64,000 bases of DNA from assembly GCA_964487135.1 (NCBI GenBank), contig CAZAOU010000001.1:8542-72541 (forward strand). Reading direction: 5' to 3'. The notes below the pieces were generated by a model, which was given only the letters and a program-made list of their open reading frames with translations, searched no databases and was not told the DNA's origin. Both the position numbers and the translations under genes were made by a program. Each line of letters opens with the position of its first letter. Position 1 is the stretch's first letter. Source of the DNA: an uncultured Candidatus Saccharibacteria bacterium. GTDB taxonomy: Bacteria > Patescibacteriota > Minisyncoccia > Phycocordibacterales > CAIRYW01. Shown here piece by piece: positions 48,004 to 57,642 of the stretch.

Positions 48004-50628
48004 TTATTTTCGCTTTCTATGTCTAAGAATTTTTGAAAGATACTCTCCTGTATAAGATTTTGGATTTTTAGCAACTTCTTCAGGAGTTCCTCTAGCAACA
48101 ATATTTCCCCCGCCCTCACCTCCATCTGGACCAATATCAATAATATAATCTGCTGATTTTATTAAATCCATATTATGTTCAATAACAACGACGGTATTTC
48201 CGTGATTTACAAGTCGTTGCAATATTTCAATTAATTTTTTTACATCCTCATAGTGAAGACCAATTGTTGGTTCATCTAAAAGATAAATTGTTTTTTCACG
48301 ATGTGTTCTATAAAGTTCAGAAGAAATTTTTACTCTCTGTGCTTCTCCACCCGAGAGAGTTGTCGCAGATTGTCCGAGCTCCAAATATGAAAGCCCTACT
48401 TCTTCTAAAACTTTTAATCTATCGTAGATTGCGGGAATATCTTCAAAAAACTTTATTGCTTCTTCAACAGTCATTTTTAAAACATCGTGAATATTTTTTT
48501 TCTTATATTTTATTTCAAGAGTCTCTTTCATAAATCTTTTACCGTTACAGACATCACAGGTTACATAAACAGTTGGCAAAAAATGCATTTCAACTTCTAT
48601 CATTCCGTTTCCTTGGCAAGTTTCGCATCGTCCCCCTTTTACATTGAAAGAAAAACGATTTGCTTTCCACCCCCTCACCTTTGCTTCAGATGTTGCCGCA
48701 AACATATCTCTAATATGTGTCCACGCTCCTGTATATGTTGCAGGATTTGATCTTGGAGTTCGTCCAATTGGAGATTGATCGATCAAAATAACACGAGAAA
48801 GATACTCGGCACCAGAAAAAGATGAAGCATTATGGGTTTGTGCTGTGCGATGTCTTCTCTCTAATCTTGCAAGAAGATTTTTATGCAAAATTTCATATAC
48901 AAAAGAAGATTTTCCACTCCCTGAAACTCCCGTAACACAAACAAGCTTCCCAAGAGGAACCTCAACATTCATATTTTTAATATTGAAAACTTTTCCTCCA
49001 GCAATTTTTAGCACACCTTTATTGTCTATGCGTCTTTTTTCTGGAATTTCTATTTGATCTTCTCCACGCAAATATGAAAGTGTTTTTGAATCTGAATCAT
49101 TTGTTTTAGATGTAAGTAATCTCTCTAAATTTCCCGAGACAACAATATCACCTCCATGAACCCCGGCCCCCGGCCCAATATCAACTATAAAATCAGAAGC
49201 AAACATTGTATCTTCGTCGTGTTCAACAACAAGAATTGTGTTTCCTAAATCACGAAGATTTAAAAGGGTTTTTATAAGTCTTGCATTGTCTTTTTGATGA
49301 AGACCGATGGTTGGCTCATCCAGCACATAAAGAGCTCCCACTAGAGAACTTCCAAGCTGAGTTGCAAGACGAATTCTTTGTGCTTCTCCGCCAGAAAGGG
49401 TATTTGCCTTTCTATCAAGCGAAAGATAGTCAATTCCAACATCAACCATAAATTGGAGTCGCGCAAGAATTTCTTTTATTACAACTTTTGAAATTTCTTT
49501 TTCGGTTGAAGTAAGGGGTAGGTTTTCAAAAAAAGTTTTAGCGTCTTTTACAGAAAAAGAAGTTACATTTACAATGTTAGTTTTTTCTTGGCCCAGAAAA
49601 ACGTTTAGAGCTTCATCACGAAGTCTTGCGCCATGACATTTCTCACAAGGTTCATATGCAAAAAAATGTCTGGTTCCTAATCCATTACATTCTGAACACG
49701 CTCCATACGGAGAATTAAATGAAAAAAGTCTAGGCTCAACTTCTGGATATGAAAATCCGTCGTAAGGACACATAAACTTCGAAGAAATAAGCTGGGAATG
49801 CTCTGGGGTAACAACCCGAAGAAGTCCATCCGACTCATGAAGTGCTTGCTCAATTGCCTCGCTCAATCTTTCTTCAAAACTTTGTGTTTTGTCTTTTAAC
49901 TCAGAAAGATAGAATTCGTCTACCAAAACTTCTATATCATGTTTTTTGGTTTTTGAAAGTTCAACTCGCTCTCGCAAACTTACTTCCTTTCCATCTACAA
50001 GCGCCTTTTCATAACCCTTGCCGAGCATATCGTATAAAAGCTGGTAGTACTCACCTTTTCTTCCTACAACAATCGGCGAATAAATTTTAAAAGATAAATC
50101 GCTTACTGAAACACCCATTACCTTTTTAGAATTCTTGTCATCATCAATTGATTCGACAATTTCTTTTATTGTTGAAACTATTTCTTCTTTAGAAAGTTTT
50201 TTTATTTCTCTCCCACAAACCAAACAATGAGGTTTTCCAATTCTCGCAAAAAGAATTCTAAGATAATCGTAAATTTCTGTAATTGTTGCAACAGTTGAAC
50301 GAGGATTGTTAGAGCGTGACTTTTGATCAATAGAAATTGCCGGCGAAAGCCCAGTTATTTCATCCACATCTGGTTTTTGCATCTGGCGCAAAAATTGGCG
50401 CGCATAAGAAGAAAGAGACTCAACATATCTTCTTTGACCTTCTGCAAAAATGGTATCAAAAGCAAAAGAACTCTTTCCGCTTCCAGACAGCCCTGTAACA
50501 GCAATCATTTTATTGCGAGGCATTTCAAGACTAATATTCTTAAGATTATGAGTCCTAGCCCCTTTTACAACAATTTTCTCTTGATCTGCCAAGAGTTTTT
50601 CTATTCTGTTTTCTTTATTTTTTGACAT
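48004..50628 (-). CDS. uvrA: Excinuclease ABC subunit A
   Basis: GARTHNLKN, TGLSGSGKSS, LSGGEAQRI twice, Zn-finger Cys pairs. Confidence 0.97.
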   Translation of the reverse strand: MSKNKENRIEKLLADQEKIVVKGARTHNLKNISLEMPRNKMIAVTGLSGSGKSSFAFDTIFAEGQRRYVESLSSYARQFLRQMQKPDVDEITGLSPAISIDQKSRSNNPRSTVATITEIYDYLRILFARIGKPHCLVCGREIKKLSKEEIVSTIKEIVESIDDDKNSKKVMGVSVSDLSFKIYSPIVVGRKGEYYQLLYDMLGKGYEKALVDGKEVSLRERVELSKTKKHDIEVLVDEFYLSELKDKTQSFEERLSEAIEQALHESDGLLRVVTPEHSQLISSKFMCPYDGFSYPEVEPRLFSFNSPYGACSECNGLGTRHFFAYEPCEKCHGARLRDEALNVFLGQEKTNIVNVTSFSVKDAKTFFENLPLTSTEKEISKVVIKEILARLQFMVDVGIDYLSLDRKANTLSGGEAQRIRLATQLGSSLVGALYVLDEPTIGLHQKDNARLIKTLLNLRDLGNTILVVEHDEDTMFASDFIVDIGPGAGVHGGDIVVSGNLERLLTSKTNDSDSKTLSYLRGEDQIEIPEKRRIDNKGVLKIAGGKVFNIKNMNVEVPLGKLVCVTGVSGSGKSSFVYEILHKNLLARLERRHRTAQTHNASSFSGAEYLSRVILIDQSPIGRTPRSNPATYTGAWTHIRDMFAATSEAKVRGWKANRFSFNVKGGRCETCQGNGMIEVEMHFLPTVYVTCDVCNGKRFMKETLEIKYKKKNIHDVLKMTVEEAIKFFEDIPAIYDRLKVLEEVGLSYLELGQSATTLSGGEAQRVKISSELYRTHREKTIYLLDEPTIGLHYEDVKKLIEILQRLVNHGNTVVVIEHNMDLIKSADYIIDIGPDGGEGGGNIVARGTPEEVAKNPKSYTGEYLSKILRHRKRK

Positions 50629-50722
50629 AAACACGAAACAGAGCCCCTAAGAGCCCTAGGGGTATATAGTAGCAGAAAGTATTCTTAAAAGTAAAATATG
50701 ATTAAATCAAAGAAAAAAACAT

Positions 50723-51640
50723 TTATTCGAATCTTTCTAGAGACCTTAACATTCTCGCCTCTACATCCGATTCTTCCAAAATCTCAACCCAATCATTTAA
50801 AGCGACTAAATCTTCCTCAAGAATACCCGTAGATTTATATTTCAAATCTCTTGGGTTAAGTAGAGGTAAATCTTTAGGTGCCCCTTTTAATTTTTTTAAA
50901 CGAAAAGATCCTAAACACATTCCATCAGTATCAATAAATCCTGGAAAGTATTGCAACTCGATAGTGTCTTTATATTCTTCCATTAATTCACCCCATTTTT
51001 TTAAAATCGAGGAAAATTTTGCTGGAACTTGGACAAACATTACACCCCCTTCATTCAAAATTTGATACCAAATATTAAGAATTTTAGCTACATAATACGG
51101 TTCATCTGGAACAAGCTCAAGTCCTCGTCCCATTCTTTCCATAATTAAATTTGCTTTTTTTCCACCGGTTGCTTCATTTAAAGCATCATAAGTATCTGGT
51201 GAAAGAATATCTCCTTCGATAACTTCATGATTTCTCCTTCCATCGCCACTAAGAAGTTTTCCCATCTTACTTCTATGATCAATCAAAGTTACACCCACAG
51301 TATTTTTAAAAAATCCTGGGGTAAATTCAGAAAAAACCCTTGATCCAGTTCCACCAAACTCCACACCAACAGCTTTTCCTTTTCTTTCAGAAAGTTCAAC
51401 TTCTATATATTCTTTAAGAGAATGTTGAAATTTTTCTGGTAGCACAGGATAAAAAGCTGTTCTAAAACTAACCTGCCTTTCTTCATCTTCATCTAAAGGG
51501 GAATCTTTCCAAGTATAATAATTGTTTTCTATGAGATCTTGTGCGTTCTCTCTAAAACGTTTAACCTGCTCAGCGTTTGCGGCTAATTCCATTTCTCTAT
51601 CTTTACCAGACGGAAAACCTCCTTCATATTGAATAGACAT
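50723..51640 (-). CDS. Putative SAM-dependent methyltransferase-like protein
   Basis: VEFGGTGS motif-I-like segment, IEGDIL, L-EGGVMFV. Confidence 0.45.
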   Translation of the reverse strand: MSIQYEGGFPSGKDREMELAANAEQVKRFRENAQDLIENNYYTWKDSPLDEDEERQVSFRTAFYPVLPEKFQHSLKEYIEVELSERKGKAVGVEFGGTGSRVFSEFTPGFFKNTVGVTLIDHRSKMGKLLSGDGRRNHEVIEGDILSPDTYDALNEATGGKKANLIMERMGRGLELVPDEPYYVAKILNIWYQILNEGGVMFVQVPAKFSSILKKWGELMEEYKDTIELQYFPGFIDTDGMCLGSFRLKKLKGAPKDLPLLNPRDLKYKSTGILEEDLVALNDWVEILEESDVEARMLRSLERFE

Positions 51641-51665
51641 AAAAATATTGTAACAAATATAAGAA

Positions 51666-53708
51666 TTATTTTCTTCTTTTACTTTTTTTATCAGACAACT
51701 CAGGATGTTTAGCTAAAACAGCTTGGATTTCATCCCTAACAATTGCCGCTGTTTCAAAATCCAAAACCTTCACAGCATCCTCCATTTCTTCTTTTTTGAG
51801 TTTTATAAATAATGCCGGATTTTTTTCTATCAAATCTTTTTGGATAGTTAAGATTCCTTCAACGGTTTTTTCGTGTTCACTTTCCATCATGTCGCGAATA
51901 TCTTTTATCTGTTTTTTGATTGTAACAGGAGTAATATTATGTTTTTTATTATATTCCATCTGGATAGCACGCCTACGCTCCGTTTCTTTTATCGAGCGAT
52001 CAAGAGATCCAGTAATTTTGTCAGCATAAAGAATAACCCTACCTTCAGAATTTCTCGCGGCGCGGCCAATAATTTGAATAAGTGATGTATCGGAACGTAA
52101 AAAACCTTCTTTATCTGCATCAAAAATTCCAATAAGAGTCACTTCTGGCAAGTCCAAACCTTCTCTAAGCAAATTTACTCCAATAAGAACATCAAAAGTT
52201 CCTTTTCTTAAATCTGTAAGAATTCTAATCCTATCTATCGTGTCTATATCACTATGCAAATACTCGGCCTTTATTCCCCTATCTTTCAAATATTCTGAAA
52301 GATCTTCGGCCATTTTTTTAGTAAGAGTTGTGCCAATAACACGATTTCCTTTTTTAACTTCTTTTTCTGCCTCAATAATAAAATCTTGAATTTGGCCTTT
52401 GTAACCAGTTTTTTCGTTTACTGGTTTTACTTCTATTACTGGATCAACAAGACCTGTCGGCCTAATAACTTGTTCAACAATTTGAGAGCTATTTGTTTTT
52501 TCATAATTTCCTGGCGTTGCAGAAGTATAAATTGTCTGCCCAACTTTTTTTTCAAACTCTTCAAATTTTAATGGGCGATTATCTTTGGCAGATGGAAGTC
52601 TAAAACCATGTTCAACAAGAGTCGTTTTTCTAGATGCATCACCTGCATACATACCACCAAGCTGAGGAACTGTAACATGAGACTCATCAATGATAGTCAA
52701 AAAATCAGGTTCGCCTTTTTCATTTTTTGGAAAATAGGCAAGCAAAGAATCAGGTGCCTCGCCCGGAAGTTTGCCAGAAAAATGTCTTGAATAATTTTCT
52801 ATACCATTGCAATATCCGACCTCCCTAATAAGAGCGAGATCATAATTTGTTCTTCTTTTAATTCTCTCTGCCTCAAGAAGCTTTCCCTCTTTTTCAAATT
52901 TCTTAAGTTGTTCTTGCAACTCGCTTTTTATAGTTTGAACGCCTCTATCTCTATCCTCTTCTGGCGTAACGAAATGTTTTGCAGGAAAAATAAAAAATGC
53001 TTCGGGAGTATCTTTTATAGCTCTTGTTACCGGATCAATTTTTTCTATTTTAGAAATAGTGTCACCAACAAAGTGTATTCGCCAGACAATTCGCTCACTT
53101 TGCGGCATTATCTCAAGAGTATTTCCTAAAGCTCTGAAAAATCCGGGATTCAAATCAGAATTTGTTCGATCAAAATAAATTTTTATAAGTTTTCGCGCTA
53201 AATCGTTTCTAGATATTTTTTCCCCAATTTTTATTTTTATATTTACTTTTTCATATTCCTCGGGAGAACCTAAACCATAAATACAAGAAACGGAAGCTAC
53301 TATTATTACATCTTTGCGAGTAAGAAGTGCCTCAGTAGAAGCGTGACGAAGACGGTCAATTTCTTCATTTATTTGTGCCTCTTTTTCTATGTAAGTATCT
53401 GAGTGAGGCAAATATGCTTCTGGCTGATAGTAATCGTAATAAGAGACAAAATAATGAACCGCGTTTTCAGGAAAAAAATCGCGATATTCTTGCGCAAGTT
53501 GCGCAGCAAGAGTTTTGTTGTGAGCAATAACAAGAGTTGGTTTTTGTGTTTTTTCTATAATATTTGCAACAGTAAAAGTTTTACCAGAACCAGTTACTCC
53601 CAAAAGAGTTTGGTGTCTAAAACCTTTTTTTAAGCCAGAAACAAGATCTTTTATAGCTTTTGGCTGGTCGCCTGCTGGCGCAAATTGTGTTGAAAGTTTA
53701 AATTTCAT
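51666..53708 (-). CDS. uvrB: Excinuclease ABC subunit B
   Basis: LLGVTGSGKT, YYDYYQPEAY, DESH, GVNLLREGLDLPEV, GRAARN. Confidence 0.98.
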   Translation of the reverse strand: MKFKLSTQFAPAGDQPKAIKDLVSGLKKGFRHQTLLGVTGSGKTFTVANIIEKTQKPTLVIAHNKTLAAQLAQEYRDFFPENAVHYFVSYYDYYQPEAYLPHSDTYIEKEAQINEEIDRLRHASTEALLTRKDVIIVASVSCIYGLGSPEEYEKVNIKIKIGEKISRNDLARKLIKIYFDRTNSDLNPGFFRALGNTLEIMPQSERIVWRIHFVGDTISKIEKIDPVTRAIKDTPEAFFIFPAKHFVTPEEDRDRGVQTIKSELQEQLKKFEKEGKLLEAERIKRRTNYDLALIREVGYCNGIENYSRHFSGKLPGEAPDSLLAYFPKNEKGEPDFLTIIDESHVTVPQLGGMYAGDASRKTTLVEHGFRLPSAKDNRPLKFEEFEKKVGQTIYTSATPGNYEKTNSSQIVEQVIRPTGLVDPVIEVKPVNEKTGYKGQIQDFIIEAEKEVKKGNRVIGTTLTKKMAEDLSEYLKDRGIKAEYLHSDIDTIDRIRILTDLRKGTFDVLIGVNLLREGLDLPEVTLIGIFDADKEGFLRSDTSLIQIIGRAARNSEGRVILYADKITGSLDRSIKETERRRAIQMEYNKKHNITPVTIKKQIKDIRDMMESEHEKTVEGILTIQKDLIEKNPALFIKLKKEEMEDAVKVLDFETAAIVRDEIQAVLAKHPELSDKKSKRRK

Positions 53709-53798
53709 GAAAACTCACTATATCAAAAAAGAACTATTTAAGCATTAAAAATAGCGCTCAACTCCGTGAGCGCTTGTCCATCTGACTTTTTGCCACCC

Positions 53799-54059
53799 TT
53801 AAGCGGCATTTGGTAAGTCGGTCGTGGTCGTATCAATCCTTGTGATTTCCGCGGATGCCGGATCGTGTTTTTGGAGCCAGTCATAGCTTCCAGAACCAAC
53901 CCAGCCATTTACCACCCTGGAAAAGACAACACCGAACGCTGAGCCGTATTTTGTTAAGGCCCAGCCGGAAACTCCGTCCCGTTTTTCGGCTAGTTGTCCA
54001 CCTTTGTCACTCACAAAGGCCTGATCGAAGACTTGGATCTGTCTTGGTGTGTTGTTCAT
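53799..54059 (-). CDS. Hypothetical protein (GC-richer orphan)
   Basis: 86-aa ORF; downstream terminator AGCGCTCA...TGAGCGCT at about 53753-53773. Confidence 0.55.
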   Translation of the reverse strand: MNNTPRQIQVFDQAFVSDKGGQLAEKRDGVSGWALTKYGSAFGVVFSRVVNGWVGSGSYDWLQKHDPASAEITRIDTTTTDLPNAA

Positions 54060-54120
54060 GATGGTCAACGAACTTTTTGTCTTTTTTTATGGCCCATCCG
54101 CACTCACGGTAGGTCTTTGA

Positions 54121-54154
54121 CAAAACGAGCTCCCTAAGTTGAGAGCTCGTTTTT
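54121..54154 (-). terminator. Strong hairpin, possible attenuator terminator
   Basis: CAAAACGAGCUCUC-AACUUA-GGGAGCUCGUUUUG. Confidence 0.65.
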
Positions 54155-54183
54155 GATATCAATTTAGTTAAAAAAGTAGAATA

Positions 54184-54252
54184 TCAAGAACCAACCCTCA
54201 ATAGATTTCCGAGGACTCTTTTCATATATGTTCTTGTAATCCAAAAATTCAT
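54184..54252 (-). CDS. Candidate 22-aa leader peptide
   Basis: MNFWITRTYMKRVLGNLLRVGS, starting 6 nt after TATAAT. Confidence 0.35.
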   Translation of the reverse strand: MNFWITRTYMKRVLGNLLRVGS

Positions 54253-54276
54253 ATTCTTATTATACCAAACAAAACA

Positions 54277-55473
54277 TTATCTATTTTTAAGATATGTGGA
54301 TAAAAAATCCTTTTTATATTGATCAAAATTATCATTCAAAATAGAGTCTCTGATATTTTTAACAAGAGAAATAATAAAATATAGATTATGAATTGTAGCC
54401 AAAGTATTAGATAAAATTTCTTTTGCCCTAAAAAGATGTGACAAATAACCTTTTGTAAAATTTTTACATGTATAACACCCGCAATCTTTCTCTATAGGGG
54501 TCATATCTTCTCTAAATTTGGAATTTAAAATATTTATCTTGCCTTCTTTTGTATACAAACTTCCATTGCGAGCACTACGAGTCGGAGCTACACAATCAAA
54601 AGTGTCGCATCCCGCTTCTACTCCCAAAAATAAATCTTCAGGTTCACCTATTCCAAGAAGATGCTTCGGCTTCTCTTCTGGCAAAATATTATTTACTAAA
54701 GCGACAACCTGAGAAATATTATCTTTTGTATATGAGCCACCAATTCCAAAGCCATCAAAATTCATAGAGCCAATTATTTCGGCACTTTCTTTTCTTAAAT
54801 CCTCAAACTGTCCCCCTTGCACTATTCCAAAAAGCGCCTGTGGTCCGCCAAGTCTTTTATGTTCATCTAGACTTCTCTTTGCCCAACGGTGAGTCCTATC
54901 CATTGCTTCTTTTTGATATTGTTTTGTTTCTGTTGGCGCTGTCGCTTCATCAAAAGCAAAAATAATATCCGCACCAATAGAATGCTGAATTTGAATTGAT
55001 TTTTCTGGTGTAAAAAAATGTTCACTTCCATCAATATGAGATTTGAAAGACACTCCGTCCTCAGTGATTTTAGCTATAGGTTCAATATCTTCTTTACTCT
55101 CGTCTACCAAACTTGCTTCACCTTTTGCAATTTTAGATACACCTTTACCAAAGGCTTTTCCCAAAGAAAATACTTGAAACCCTCCAGAATCTGTAAACAT
55201 TGGCTCACTCCAACCAGAAAAATTATGTAGTCCCCCAGCTTTTTCCAAAATATCTGTTCCCGGCTGAAGATAAAGATGATAAGTATTAGAAAGAACTGTT
55301 TGCGCCCCAAGCTCTTTTATTTGCTCTGGGGTAAGAGATTTTACTGTTGCTTTTGTGCCAACACACACAAAACAAGGGGTTTGAATGATCCCATGAGATG
55401 TTTCAATGAAGCCGGCTCTTCCGAGCCGGCCATCAAGTTTTTTTTCAATTTTAAAGTTGAAATTTTCCACCAA
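54277..55473 (-). CDS. tgt: tRNA-guanine transglycosylase
   Basis: NTYHL, TDSGGFQVFSL, GIVQGG, HLLGIG, DTFDCV-PTR-ARNG, CGCYTC, HNL. Confidence 0.95.
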   Translation of the reverse strand: MVENFNFKIEKKLDGRLGRAGFIETSHGIIQTPCFVCVGTKATVKSLTPEQIKELGAQTVLSNTYHLYLQPGTDILEKAGGLHNFSGWSEPMFTDSGGFQVFSLGKAFGKGVSKIAKGEASLVDESKEDIEPIAKITEDGVSFKSHIDGSEHFFTPEKSIQIQHSIGADIIFAFDEATAPTETKQYQKEAMDRTHRWAKRSLDEHKRLGGPQALFGIVQGGQFEDLRKESAEIIGSMNFDGFGIGGSYTKDNISQVVALVNNILPEEKPKHLLGIGEPEDLFLGVEAGCDTFDCVAPTRSARNGSLYTKEGKINILNSKFREDMTPIEKDCGCYTCKNFTKGYLSHLFRAKEILSNTLATIHNLYFIISLVKNIRDSILNDNFDQYKKDFLSTYLKNR

Positions 55474-55475
55474 AA

Positions 55476-55940
55476 TTATTTTTGTTTTTCTATTTTTACA
55501 ATCTCCACATCAAATATAAGAGTTGACTTAGGAGGAATTACAAATCCACCTCTACCATCTGGAACTCCAGCATCACCATATCCAAACGAAGAAGGGATTG
55601 TTAGTTTTAATTTTTCACCGACTTTTGTTCCAGCAAGACCTTGATCCCACCCTTTAATAACCTGTCCTGCACCTAATACAAATGTAAATGGTGTTCCTCT
55701 ATCAACAGAACTATCAAATTTTTGACCATCCTCAAATGTTCCTGTGTAATGGACTGTCAGTTTATCTCCTGACATAACAGCATCACCTGATCCCTCATTT
55801 AAAACTTCTACTTTTACATTATCTTCCATTTGTGTTGTTTGATTACTTTTAAAAACTCCAGCTATGCCCCCAATTCCGAAAAAAAATAATCCGGCAATTA
55901 AGAGAGCAATAACTATACCTATATATTGTTCTTTTTTCAT
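55476..55940 (-). CDS. FKBP-type peptidyl-prolyl isomerase, membrane-anchored
   Basis: [35 protein letters not shown]. Confidence 0.93.
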   Translation of the reverse strand: MKKEQYIGIVIALLIAGLFFFGIGGIAGVFKSNQTTQMEDNVKVEVLNEGSGDAVMSGDKLTVHYTGTFEDGQKFDSSVDRGTPFTFVLGAGQVIKGWDQGLAGTKVGEKLKLTIPSSFGYGDAGVPDGRGGFVIPPKSTLIFDVEIVKIEKQK

Positions 55941-55992
55941 AGTTTATACATTATATCAAAATTACAAATAAAAATAGAGGCGAGATGCCTCT

Positions 55993-56450
55993 TTACCAAC
56001 CTTTTCTGATTCGCGACACACCACAGAGATTGCTTAGTCGACTAATCACATGATCAACCAAAACTTTCTCATATCCCTCATCAAGAAGCTCACGCTCAAT
56101 GTCATCTAGTCTTGATGAGTCAAGCTTGCCATGATGATTTCTTTCTTTGCGTGATATTGCCAAAGCCATACTTAGAGATTTTACTGAAATCTCTACCGTT
56201 ACGGGATTATCCATAACTATGACCAAGCTCCTGTGTCGTAAGTTAGCTTTACCACTTCCAGATGGGTTCCAACCAAAGTGTGCGCAATTGCTATCACCTT
56301 TCTTCTTGTTCTTGAATCAAGCTCAAGGCGACGTGCAGAACTTTCAATTTGTTCCGACATTTTGGAAGTATTGTTGGTTGGCTTCAGGGTCTCCACAACT
56401 TTGAGAGACAGAGAGACAATCTTGTTTACCTTTTTGGGGTTTAGTTTCAT
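55993..56450 (-). CDS. Hypothetical protein(s) downstream of a T-box: two overlapping 77-aa ORFs, possibly one frameshifted gene
   Basis: ORFs 56217-56450 and 55993-56226 overlap by 10 nt; terminator AGAGGC..GCCTCT at about 55976-55992. Confidence 0.45.
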
Positions 56451-56484
56451 GTATTGTTGGTTGTTAAATGTTCAATTGCAAAAT

Positions 56485-56808
56485 AAAAAACCGCCCTTAT
56501 ACACCTACAAAAAATGTAAGTGAATAAGGGCGGTTTTCTTTCCGCGGTGCCACCTTAGTTTAGAAACGCAAAATCCGCCAGAGGCGGAAATACATTCCTC
56601 TTTCATCAGCTTTTTTCCGCCTGAGGTCGGACAATACTGATTATCTCTATTACGGGAGAACCCGAATTTTCACGCTCCGCCTAAGCAGATTGCAAAAATC
56701 ATCCTTTTGTCATTTTTTATTTTTTGACAAAAAATCTGGACCCAACCCCGAAAGCTTTTGCCTCGGGATCCAAATGGATTTTTTAAGTTTTAAGGAAGGA
56801 ATCTGGCA
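56485..56808 (-). promoter_or_regulatory. T-box riboswitch leader
   Basis: AACTAAGGTGGCACCGCG T-box (core at 56543-56556); upstream CCCGTAA and AAAGAG plus stem III; overlapping terminator AAAACCGCCCTTAT...ATAAGGGCGGTTTTTT; promoter TTGATT...TGATATAAT at about 56812-56839. Confidence 0.82.
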
Positions 56809-56866
56809 TGAATTATATCAAATTTAGCAAAAAAATCAAGTATAAAAAATGCGAGGTTTTTTGACC

Positions 56867-57157
56867 TCACTTTGATGCAAACCCCTCCTCTGCATGAACA
56901 GACTCGTCCATAATTGCTTGAAAGATCCTTTCCACCATACTCCAAGGTAATCCCAGACGCTCCGCTTCCTGCTTGAGAAATTCAAGCTTGAGTTTTTCTT
57001 GTTCTTCGTCGCGCATCGGACGATCGTCGGCTCGCTTAATCAAAGCAACTTTTTTAAGAAGAGGAATTCTCGCTTGCCACATTCTTGCCAAATGTTCGAG
57101 AATACCCTGATCAAGCTTGAGGATGAGTTCGCGAGTATCACCGAGTTCAGTTTTCAT
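56867..57157 (-). CDS. Chorismate mutase type II (AroQ)-like protein
   Basis: R--I--LD--IL...R...VA-IK...P-RD---E...IF-AIMDES pattern. Confidence 0.7.
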   Translation of the reverse strand: MKTELGDTRELILKLDQGILEHLARMWQARIPLLKKVALIKRADDRPMRDEEQEKLKLEFLKQEAERLGLPWSMVERIFQAIMDESVHAEEGFASK

Positions 57158-57212
57158 GGTGTTTTATTACACCATATACTCTCAAAAAGAATTTGTCTAG
57201 AGTTTTTATGTC

Positions 57213-57641
57213 TTAAATCATCAAAATTGCACCGATTGAAATTAAAAGCGCTCCAACTCCTGCCTTCAAACTCCATTTGCTTCCTAAAAACAAAATTGAA
57301 AATATAAAAACAAAAACAACAGAAAGTTTATCAAGTGATGCAACAGAAGAAACTTTATCGACTGGGGCAATTTTTAGCGCATAAAAATACACAAGCCACG
57401 AAAGAGCCCCAGAAATTCCAGAAAGAATTATATAAAAAAGTGGTTTACCAGAAATACTTTGCCAATTATCAAATTTCCCCAAACCAAATGCTACAAAAAA
57501 TAAAAACACCGCCATAACAACTGCTCGGACAGAAGTTGCAAGAGTTGAATCCACTTGTGAAAGTCCAATCTTTCCAAAAATTGCCACAGCACTCGCAAAA
57601 ACCGCAGAAAGTATCGCCAATAATTGCCATGAGATTATCAT
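57213..57641 (-). CDS. EamA family transporter (single domain)
   Basis: AIFGKIGL--VDSTLATSVR, SWLVYFYALK, VASLDKLSVV. Confidence 0.88.
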   Translation of the reverse strand: MIISWQLLAILSAVFASAVAIFGKIGLSQVDSTLATSVRAVVMAVFLFFVAFGLGKFDNWQSISGKPLFYIILSGISGALSWLVYFYALKIAPVDKVSSVASLDKLSVVFVFIFSILFLGSKWSLKAGVGALLISIGAILMI

Positions 57642-57642
57642 T

